From an uncultured bacterium (GTDB lineage Bacteria > Patescibacteriota > Microgenomatia > Levybacterales > UBA12049): 64,000 nt of DNA. Shown piece by piece: positions 9,510 to 16,678 of the stretch (position 1 is its first letter; each line of letters begins with the position of its first letter). The notes beneath the pieces are model-generated. The model had not been told where the DNA came from. It ran no database searches and saw only the letters and a list, made by a program, of their open reading frames with translations. The position numbers were made by a program, and so were the translations under genes. The DNA lies in NCBI GenBank assembly GCA_963826535.1, contig CAWGXL010000011.1, positions 576,809 to 640,808 of the forward strand. Reading direction: 5' to 3'.

Positions 9510-11540
9510 TTAATTTGGAGTTATGATAAGGTTGGGGCTGTTAAGGCTTTCTTTAGAGCCGAATTCTATTCTTCCATTTTCTCCTTCATCAGTTTTTTTG
9601 ATAAGCCAGCCGTAGTCTTCGCTTGAGCCATTGATAAACTCTTGAATGTCTGTAGTTACATCAAATTCTACTATGCCTGTTTGATTATTGGAGATTGCAG
9701 TTGTTACAGTAGGTGTTGATATAAAAGGCCAAAAAATACTGTTCGTCATATTCCACTGTGTAGGTCCGCTACAGTTATCAACAGTATTGTTAATATTTGA
9801 ATCGGTAGCACACTTCCATGTCGTTCCCAAGCCTGTTCCCTTCACAGGAGGCGTATTATTATCATTAAATCCATTACCTTCTGCCCAATCTGATGATAAT
9901 CTATGTATTCCAATTGTTCTTCCTCCAGTTCCCCAATTATTTCCATTATCAGATATTGTTAATTGTAATTTTGCACTAAAGTTTTGACTGTTTCCGACAG
10001 CCTCTTCAATTTGTGATTGGTCAAAACGAACGAGAGCCCGGTTTTTTCCTTGTAACTGTACTCTCATAAAAGTGGATGATCCCTCGTTTTCATTTGGTGA
10101 TCCTTGTTTTATATACGAGTCCGCTATAGGCGTAAGTGTCGTAGGTGGAGTATTATTGACAGTGATCGTGATCGCCACAGTATCAGACTCAATCGGCGTA
10201 CCATCGTCTGTGACTGTAAACTCTATATTCGTATATGTGCCCTCCTGACTGTAATTAGGAGTCCAAGAGAATGTTGCAGTTTGCGGGTCGAATGTTGCAC
10301 CTTCCGGGAGGTTGTTAGCGCTGTAGGTAAGGTTGTTACCGTCTGGATCAGTTGCTGTAATAGTGAATTGAAGAATTTGTCCTTCATCTATGATTTTATC
10401 ACTGACTGAAGTAAGAAAAGGCTCTTGGTTATTTGGGATGATCCCATCCCACAAGAAAATCTCAGCATCATTATCCACGTATCCAGGCCAAATTACATAT
10501 TCATTATCAATAATAGGTGAAGAATCATGATAGTCATTACTCGTTATCTGAAGTGTTACTCCACTTGAAATATAGTAGAGAAAAATTTCAGGATCAGTGC
10601 CTTTATATTGATACCACGTAACTTTTTCGTGGCTGAACCAAGGTGAATTATCACTATAATTATTGTTAGTTATTTGGGTTGTTATGCCGGTAGTAACGTC
10701 ATAGAGAAAAATTTCATTATCAGTGCCATCGTTTTCAGTCCACACAACCTTTCCATCATTTATCGGGGGAATATAGTCAATACTGCTGTTATTGGTTATC
10801 TGACTCGTTGTGCCAGTTGCACTGTCGTAGATGAGAATTTCAATATGGGAGCCAACATATCTAGACCAAACTACCCTTCCATCGCTTATTTGAGGAGAAC
10901 GATCATCATAGCTATCGTTGGTTATTTGAGTTGTTGCTCCGGTTGCAATGTGGTAGAGAAAAATTTCACTATCAGTGTCATCATATCTAGACCAAACAAC
11001 CCTCCCATCATTAACTTGGGGTGAGGTACTCCCATGGTTAGTTATCTGGATCGTTGTTGCAGTGGCAATGTCGTAGAGGAAAATACCGTCAGAGCTAGCC
11101 CACACAACCTTTCCATCGTTGATTTGAGCGCCACCATCGCTATAAATATTGTTAGTTATCTGGATCGTTGTTGCAGTGGCAATGTCGTAGAGGAAAATTT
11201 CTGTATCAGTACCGTCAGAGCCGGTCCATACAACCTTTCCATCATTAATTCGAAGATCTGGATTGTAAAAGTTATTGCTATTTATCTGAGTGGTTGTCCC
11301 AGTTGCAATGTCATGGAGAAAAATCTCAGAAGAATTAAATCCAGTACCATGGTACCATGTAATTTTTCCATTGCTTATTTGGGGAGAATAATCATTATAA
11401 TTATTAGATGTTAACTGAGTTATCTCGGCCATTACAGTTGAAATTCCCACTGTCATTGATAATACTATTAACATCACTAAGACCAGGCATATTTGCATCG
11501 ACTGTACTACAAATCTAAATAATTGGCTAAAGTTTATCAT
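9510..11540 (-). CDS. secreted surface protein: TolB-like beta-propeller repeats, Ig-like (He_PIG) domain, DNRLRE domain
   Basis: Signal peptide; ~39-aa repeats QITNN..D..PQINDGKVVW..DG.D.EIFLYD; TATDPDGNNLTYSANNLPEGATFD; ADSYIKQGSPNEN..YGWLIK..FGSKE..PNLII. Confidence 0.85.
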   Translation of the reverse strand: MINFSQLFRFVVQSMQICLVLVMLIVLSMTVGISTVMAEITQLTSNNYNDYSPQISNGKITWYHGTGFNSSEIFLHDIATGTTTQINSNNFYNPDLRINDGKVVWTGSDGTDTEIFLYDIATATTIQITNNIYSDGGAQINDGKVVWASSDGIFLYDIATATTIQITNHGSTSPQVNDGRVVWSRYDDTDSEIFLYHIATGATTQITNDSYDDRSPQISDGRVVWSRYVGSHIEILIYDSATGTTSQITNNSSIDYIPPINDGKVVWTENDGTDNEIFLYDVTTGITTQITNNNYSDNSPWFSHEKVTWYQYKGTDPEIFLYYISSGVTLQITSNDYHDSSPIIDNEYVIWPGYVDNDAEIFLWDGIIPNNQEPFLTSVSDKIIDEGQILQFTITATDPDGNNLTYSANNLPEGATFDPQTATFSWTPNYSQEGTYTNIEFTVTDDGTPIESDTVAITITVNNTPPTTLTPIADSYIKQGSPNENEGSSTFMRVQLQGKNRALVRFDQSQIEEAVGNSQNFSAKLQLTISDNGNNWGTGGRTIGIHRLSSDWAEGNGFNDNNTPPVKGTGLGTTWKCATDSNINNTVDNCSGPTQWNMTNSIFWPFISTPTVTTAISNNQTGIVEFDVTTDIQEFINGSSEDYGWLIKKTDEGENGRIEFGSKESLNSPNLIITPN

Positions 11541-11608
11541 TATTTTTTATAAATAAGAGCTATAATATTAATGTTAAAGAGTAATTTTTTAATTGTCAAG
11601 ATTGCTAA

Positions 11609-11752
11609 ACATCTACGGATTTGATTGGGTAGCACTGAGGCAGGGGAATAATTATGAGTTTGCTCCGCTTCCTGAATATTCCCTAATGCTTCTGGCAATT
11701 CTGCCGTTGTTGCCAAAGCTTTTGAAACGGCTTCAGCGGCGGAGACGACTGA
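11609..11752 (+). pseudogene. orphan copy of the giant protein's C-terminal sorting signal
   Basis: TSTDLI(G, 1-nt frameshift)VALRQGNNYEFAPLPEYSLMLLAILPLLPKLLKRLQRRRR versus TSTDLIGVVLRRSTVDNFEFAPLPDFSLILIVILPVLPRLLRKIHRRR; 14-bp identity ACGGATTTGATTGG at 9022 and 11615. Confidence 0.85.
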
Positions 11753-11935
11753 TAATGGCTGATTATAGTCAAAATGATAGATTTAGGAACTTGAGATATG
11801 GAGTATAGGTGAGAATGGTGATTGTTTCATTGTTTTGTTAATCAATTGTTCCATTGTTGAATTGCTATGAAGATATATTTGCAGTTGAATGATATTGATT
11901 TTATATTGGACGAGGGAGGAGAAGTATAAACTAAA

Positions 11936-13084
11936 CTATGGGAAAACTAGACCGTACTTCCATATACCGTTACCTCCACATGCTCCGTATACTGTGCGAT
12001 TAAGAGCTAGTCTAGGAACAGCAATTGAGTAGTATCCACCGCAGAGATCACTGTATGGAGGGTTACCATTGAGACGTGTCCAACTGTTACCGGAATTATT
12101 ACTTAGGTATAAACCGTCACCACCGGTGCCTGCATAAAGTCTTTGACCAATTCCAAAGACAATATCCTGTACATCTGTTGGTGGGATACCGCTACTTGCA
12201 GGTTGCCAAGTTGTTCCTCCGTCCAGACTTTTTATGAGGTGATTGACTCCATCAAGCGCGTCGCTTCCTACAAAAACCGTTTGGTTTGTAGCATAATTTG
12301 GAGAAAGGACTACAGACCATGCACTTATAGTGTTTTCGATAAACGGTATTGAAAGAGTCCAGGTTGCACCACCATCAATGCTTTTTATAACACCAACGCT
12401 ACTTGGCGGAGCTTGCATATGAAGAGTCGCAAAAACCGTTTGGCCTGTTGAGTAGTTTGGAGAAAATCCGAAATCAGTAATACCTTGCCATGATGCGTCG
12501 TCTGGAAGGGGATGAATTACTTGCCAGGTATTCCCACCATCGGTGCTTTTTGCCAAGAGACTTGTTGTTGAGGCAATGCTACTTGCGATAAAAACCGTAT
12601 GGTCAGCTGCGAAATTGGGTGAAATGCCTATTTCCAATCCAGTAACCGTTGGATAATCTTGTGCCAATTGGGAATTAACAACTTGCCAGCTTGCTCCTCC
12701 GTCTGTACTGCGATAGACAGTACTCATATGAGGAAAACTTACAAAGACTGTTTGATCTGTTGCATAATTTGGAGAGACTGCAATCGAAGGACGGTAAGGG
12801 TCGAATGAAGATGGATTGGCAGGAGGTAGGCCGTTGGTCAACTGTGTCCATGTTCCACCTGCATTAGTACTTTTGTAAATTCCCTCAGCTGTATTGGCAA
12901 ATAATGTCCGTTCAAAAAGCAATGTCGGTGCCAACGCTACAGATCCAGTAGGAATATCTGTCAGGCCAAGGTGTTTCCAGCCATTGAGTCCTGGAAATAG
13001 TTGTGCTGAAGCATGAGGTGAATATAGACTAAAGAAGAAAGCTACAAAAATTAAAATAACAATTTTGTATACTTTGAGGACCAT
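11936..13084 (-). CDS. secreted BNR/Asp-box repeat beta-propeller (YCF48/VPS10-like) protein
   Basis: Signal peptide ending ASA; repeated S.DGG.TW Asp-boxes and SPNYA.DQTVF repeats. Confidence 0.85.
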   Translation of the reverse strand: MVLKVYKIVILIFVAFFFSLYSPHASAQLFPGLNGWKHLGLTDIPTGSVALAPTLLFERTLFANTAEGIYKSTNAGGTWTQLTNGLPPANPSSFDPYRPSIAVSPNYATDQTVFVSFPHMSTVYRSTDGGASWQVVNSQLAQDYPTVTGLEIGISPNFAADHTVFIASSIASTTSLLAKSTDGGNTWQVIHPLPDDASWQGITDFGFSPNYSTGQTVFATLHMQAPPSSVGVIKSIDGGATWTLSIPFIENTISAWSVVLSPNYATNQTVFVGSDALDGVNHLIKSLDGGTTWQPASSGIPPTDVQDIVFGIGQRLYAGTGGDGLYLSNNSGNSWTRLNGNPPYSDLCGGYYSIAVPRLALNRTVYGACGGNGIWKYGLVFP

Positions 13085-13187
13085 AATTATTTATATTGTT
13101 AGGTTAACAGTAATTCAGAAAAATGTCAAATGTGCGAAATGTTTGCGAATTATTTTTCTTTAATATGCAGTAGTTAGTCTTTTAACG

Positions 13188-13276
13188 GCGGTGGGATTTG
13201 GATGAAAGTTTTGATGCGATGTACAGCAAAAGCATGACGACCAACGTCAGCGCGAGAAGAATTTGGACATTAATAC
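13188..13276 (-). repeat. 89-bp direct repeat copy 1 (truncated copy of a small membrane-peptide gene)
   Basis: 86/89 identical to 13955-14043. Confidence 0.9.
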
Positions 13277-13277
13277 C

Positions 13278-13364
13278 GCTTGAGATCTGATAGCGGTGCA
13301 GTGGGTTCGAGAACTTCGGGACTTGGGGTATTACGTTATAATCTTCGAACGGTCGGGATGACAA
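13278..13364 (-). repeat. REP-like element, family C (TTGTCATCCCGACCG...GATCTCAAGC)
   Basis: Both ends match the element at 45881-45925, with a different interior. Confidence 0.65.
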
Positions 13365-13368
13365 TGGG

Positions 13369-13641
13369 TTATGTTTTAAATAGTTCTTTGTGTGTTCCGA
13401 GGAGTGAAAAATAGGCAATCGTCTCGTCACCTGATTGTACTTCTTCGTAAAATGCCCGGTAGTCGTTGGTTATATCAATACTTCTATACCCCTCATACCC
13501 CCTCTGAAGTGCATGGTTATTGAGGACTGGCTCTTGGAGATTTTTCTCAAAGATTTTAATTCTTTCAAGGAAACTCTTGCGGATTCTCACGTCAAGTTTC
13601 TTCAATTTTTTCAGTAATTGGGGGCTTACCTGTGTTTTCAT
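13369..13641 (-). CDS. RelE/StbE/YafQ-family type II toxin (mRNA interferase)
   Basis: LNNHALQRGYEGYRSIDITNDYRAFY...FSLLGTHKELF; ATGA overlap with the antitoxin. Confidence 0.9.
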   Translation of the reverse strand: MKTQVSPQLLKKLKKLDVRIRKSFLERIKIFEKNLQEPVLNNHALQRGYEGYRSIDITNDYRAFYEEVQSGDETIAYFSLLGTHKELFKT

Positions 13642-13916
13642 ACACCTTGCTTGTGCAGCCAGGCAATCATTTCATCTGCAGAATCAAATATTGGCGAGGC
13701 TTTTCCTGCTTTTCTATTTTCTCTTGCTTTTTTTAGTTGTGCTTTTGCATAAGGAGTAAGTTTTTCACCGGTAAACGTAATTGCTTTTCTTCTCGCAAAC
13801 TCTTTAAGTAACCCAGTGATAACAGCACTTAGACTCAACCCCATCTCTTTGGCAGTTTTTTGTGCGTCATCTTTCACCCTCCGGTCTGTTTTTATGAGTA
13901 TAGATACTGTATTCAT
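13638..13916 (-). CDS. RelB/DinJ-family antitoxin
   Basis: ILIKTDRRVKDDAQKTAKEMGLSLSAVITGLLKEF (RHH) and C-terminal FDSADEMIAWL; directly upstream of the toxin. Confidence 0.88.
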   Translation of the reverse strand: MNTVSILIKTDRRVKDDAQKTAKEMGLSLSAVITGLLKEFARRKAITFTGEKLTPYAKAQLKKARENRKAGKASPIFDSADEMIAWLHKQGV

Positions 13917-13948
13917 ATAGTAAAATTATATCTTTTTTATATATTCTG

Positions 13949-14065
13949 TCAAGCGCGGTGGGATTTGGATGAAAGTTTTGATGCAATGTACAGCAAAAGC
14001 ATGACGATCAAGGTCAGCGCGAGAAGAATTTGGACATTAATACTGATTTCCCAGAAATTATTCAT
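13949..14065 (-). CDS. 38-aa single-pass membrane peptide
   Basis: Manual translation MNNFWEISINVQILLALTLIVMLLLYIASKLSSKSHRA; paralog of 14183-14305. Confidence 0.6.
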   Translation of the reverse strand: MNNFWEISINVQILLALTLIVMLLLYIASKLSSKSHRA

Positions 14066-14182
14066 TTTTACCAAATTGTATGCTTTATCGATCAGGCTTC
14101 CAGTCTGGTATCATTGTATATGAACAATAAAATGATAAATAAGAAGAAGTTTTTATCTAATGTGATGGAGATTTTTGGTAGA

Positions 14183-14305
14183 TTATCTATGAGACCTGGT
14201 AGACTTCTTGTAAAAAGCAATATAAATCAGCAGTATTGTCACTGCTAAAAGTAGTGTTATGATAAGGAATCTAGTATTAATATCGAGAAAAAATGCTTCG
14301 TTCAT
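14183..14305 (-). CDS. 40-aa single-pass membrane peptide
   Basis: Manual translation MNEAFFLDINTRFLIITLLLAVTILLIYIAFYKKSTRSHR; ATGA-coupled to the upstream gene. Confidence 0.65.
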   Translation of the reverse strand: MNEAFFLDINTRFLIITLLLAVTILLIYIAFYKKSTRSHR

Positions 14306-14514
14306 ATATATACTTGCTCGTCCAGTTTTACGGCTAAAACTAAAAATATGATAGCAGCGATAATATCGTATGTCAATGACAAGAAGCCTGGAAGTGAATT
14401 TATAGGTACGAAATTAGGTGTGATTATGACTAAGCCTAGAGCTGCTGCTGCTAAATTGGTAGATAGACCAGAAAGGACTCTCAGGAGTGACTTATTGCCA
14501 AAAAATTTTCTCAT
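14302..14514 (-). CDS. 70-aa two-TM membrane protein
   Basis: Start moved to MRKFF (14514), preceded by TTGACA-17-TAGAGT, which avoids overlap with the exosortase; two hydrophobic segments. Confidence 0.65.
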   Translation of the reverse strand: MRKFFGNKSLLRVLSGLSTNLAAAALGLVIITPNFVPINSLPGFLSLTYDIIAAIIFLVLAVKLDEQVYI

Positions 14515-14556
14515 TAAAAATACTCTACTGATTTTAGAGATATCTGTCAATATTGT

Positions 14557-15147
14557 ATGAAAAATGTTTTGAAAGCGGCCAGACTTCATCCTTCAAAGGA
14601 GATGTTTATCACTATCTTTCTTATTTTGGTCTTGATGCTTATGCTTTTTCCTTTCATGTCGACGTTTAATGATGTATTGACGAGGATTGTTATTAATTTT
14701 AAGGGGTATTGGTTTATTAGGGAGGTTATTGTGCCGTTTGAGGTGAAGATGGTGGGGGCGATACTTTCGCTAATGGGCATGCAGGTTACGTTGACCAAGG
14801 AGTATGTCGTAATCGGGCAGGCTGAGCCGTTTGTGGCGGAGATTATGTGGAATTGTATCGGGTGGCAGTCGCTGCTTTTCTTCATAACGACTTCATGGGT
14901 GGGATTACAAGGAGACCGCTACACAAATTTTTCAAAACTTAAAGCCTTTGTAATAGGACTTCTTGGTACTTTTCTTATTAATATTTTCCGGATTGTTATC
15001 GTTATATTAATCGCTTATTATGCCGGGCAATTTGTGGCTGCTATTGTGCATGATTACGGGTCGCTTCTGGTGAGCATTGGCTGGCTGTTTTTCTACTGGT
15101 GGTTTGTGTACAGTTTTGTGCTAGAGGAGAGGGATGCTTCTAGTTAG
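14557..15147 (+). CDS. exosortase/archaeosortase family protein
   Basis: Multi-pass membrane protein with Cys-Arg-His triad: EIMWNCIG, LINIFRI, IVHDYG. Confidence 0.88.
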   Translation: MKNVLKAARLHPSKEMFITIFLILVLMLMLFPFMSTFNDVLTRIVINFKGYWFIREVIVPFEVKMVGAILSLMGMQVTLTKEYVVIGQAEPFVAEIMWNCIGWQSLLFFITTSWVGLQGDRYTNFSKLKAFVIGLLGTFLINIFRIVIVILIAYYAGQFVAAIVHDYGSLLVSIGWLFFYWWFVYSFVLEERDASS

Positions 15148-15182
15148 TTTTAAGCCGTTTTCTCAACCAAAGGTTGAGTTCT

Positions 15183-15254
15183 GTTCCCCATACAATGCTT
15201 ACTTGCTCCCGAGGTCTACGTCCTCGCGTCGCAAGAGCGCATGTTCGGGGCAGG
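15183..15254. repeat. structured intergenic element, family D
   Basis: GTTCCC..GCTTACTT-stem-AAGAGCGC.TG.TCGG..GCAGG, shared with 28383-28459. Confidence 0.55.
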
Positions 15255-15342
15255 GGTTTGTGTACTCGTTTGTGCTAGAAGAGAAGGATAGCAATATGCA
15301 GTAGGCTTCTGTTATGATTTATTTTTCCAATGTATTTTCGAA

Positions 15343-16326
15343 ATGAATAAAATGTTTTTTTTGTTATTGATACTAAGTCTGGCAGGAAATGCTTTGTGGG
15401 CATTTAATGTTTTTCAGCCTCAAAAAAAAGACCAAGTTCAAGTTATAGAGACGAAGAATAAGTATCCTTTACTCGCCAAAAGGATTTTTATTGAAGACCG
15501 CAATGATGTTATCATCAATTTTATTTCTCTCCGAATGGATCTCAGCGAGTTGGCTGCGAAAGAAGAAGGAAAGATGGGAATATTTTTTGAATATCTTCCA
15601 ACCGGGGTAACAATTGGTATCAATGAAGAGGAAGGGTTTCGGCGCGCAAGTCTTGTCAAGGTGCCGACTGTAATGAGGGCATATAAATTAATAGAGGAAG
15701 AGAAATTGTCCAAACAACAAGTTCTAATTGTCGAAAAAAAGCACTTAGATTCAGGGTTTGGTAAGCTTTACAAAGAAGGCGTGGGAACAAAACTTACTGT
15801 AGAAGAAGTAATAGACTTGATACTTTTAAAATCAGATAATACTGCCTATAATGTGCTCAGAGATGAAATTAATGAAATGTTTAATAAAGAGCAAGGATCG
15901 GATAATGAGATATTGTCTGTTTATGAGTATTTGGATATTCCGAAAGAGGCTGATCAGAATACTTTGGAAATATCTCCCAAAAATTTTAGTTCAATGCTCA
16001 TGAGTCTTCATTTTTCGTCATATTTGTCGCTTGAAAGCTCGAATGAGATACTGGATATTATGTCCAAGAGAGCTAAAAGCTTCAATATGATTTCTGCTGC
16101 AGTGCCAAAGGAGATAAAGGTTGCTGATAAATTTGGTGTCAATGCAGAGGGAGAAAATGAGATTGTCACCTCTGATTGCGGGATTGTATATGTGCCTAAG
16201 CGGCCATACATATTGTGCGTGATGGTGAAGGAGCGCCCGGAAGTGGCGGCAGAAAAGATTCTTGCAGTCTCGAAGTTGGTATATGATTTTGTTTCAAAAG
16301 TGAATCCTCCTAATACGGGTGATTGA
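15343..16326 (+). CDS. class A beta-lactamase-fold serine hydrolase (Beta-lactamase2), N-terminally anchored
   Basis: SxxK (ASLVK), SDN, K[T/F]G (ADKFG), DCGIVY..RPYILCVM. Confidence 0.88.
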   Translation: MNKMFFLLLILSLAGNALWAFNVFQPQKKDQVQVIETKNKYPLLAKRIFIEDRNDVIINFISLRMDLSELAAKEEGKMGIFFEYLPTGVTIGINEEEGFRRASLVKVPTVMRAYKLIEEEKLSKQQVLIVEKKHLDSGFGKLYKEGVGTKLTVEEVIDLILLKSDNTAYNVLRDEINEMFNKEQGSDNEILSVYEYLDIPKEADQNTLEISPKNFSSMLMSLHFSSYLSLESSNEILDIMSKRAKSFNMISAAVPKEIKVADKFGVNAEGENEIVTSDCGIVYVPKRPYILCVMVKERPEVAAEKILAVSKLVYDFVSKVNPPNTGD

Positions 16327-16347
16327 TAAGGCTTATGGATTAAGCTT

Positions 16348-16440
16348 CTAATTATCCTCTTCTTTCCGGTTGAAAACCATTAAAAAGAAAATTATGCCCA
16401 TGTAGAAGCCTACTGTAAAAATTCCAAAATCTAACATCAT
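16348..16440 (-). CDS. 30-aa membrane peptide
   Basis: MMLDFGIFTVGFYMGIIFFLMVFNRKEEDN; upstream TTGACA-17-TAGAAT on the minus strand. Confidence 0.4.
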   Translation of the reverse strand: MMLDFGIFTVGFYMGIIFFLMVFNRKEEDN

Positions 16441-16678
16441 AGTGAAGAATAATGGGGCAGTAATCCGTCAGCAGACGGAGGGGGCAGAAAAGTAAATTCA
16501 TTCTAACTTTCAGAGATCGTACTGTCAAGCAGAACTAATTACTGATATAATAGTTGCGTCCTTATAAGTGTAAATTTTCGTACTATATAAAGATATCCTT
16601 ATTACTATGGGTATTTTGTGGATAAGTTGTGAATAAGGGGTTTAGGGACAGGAGATATTTTGTAGTATCATTGTAAAT

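Noticed and set aside
10600-11420. CRISPR-like or DGR-like DNA repeats (e.g. GTTATCTGGATCGTTGTTGCAGTGGCAATGTCGTAGAGGAAAAT twice)
   Set aside because: They are coding repeats of propeller blades; no spacers, cas genes or reverse transcriptase
11593-11808. 71-aa ORF as a functional gene
   Set aside because: TTG start lies in non-homologous sequence, and homology to the giant tail crosses a frameshift; treated as a remnant
13182-13430. 82-aa ORF as a real gene
   Set aside because: Chimeric read-through of toxin overlap, a repeat element and the duplicated peptide end
13188-14043. DGR template/variable repeat pair
   Set aside because: Only 3 mismatches, not adenine-specific, and no reverse transcriptase in the window
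15343-16326. Bona fide antibiotic-resistance beta-lactamase
   Set aside because: KTG is altered and the omega-loop Glu is not evident; fold-level call only
16617-16636. Replication origin
   Set aside because: Only two boxes and no dnaA/dnaN context
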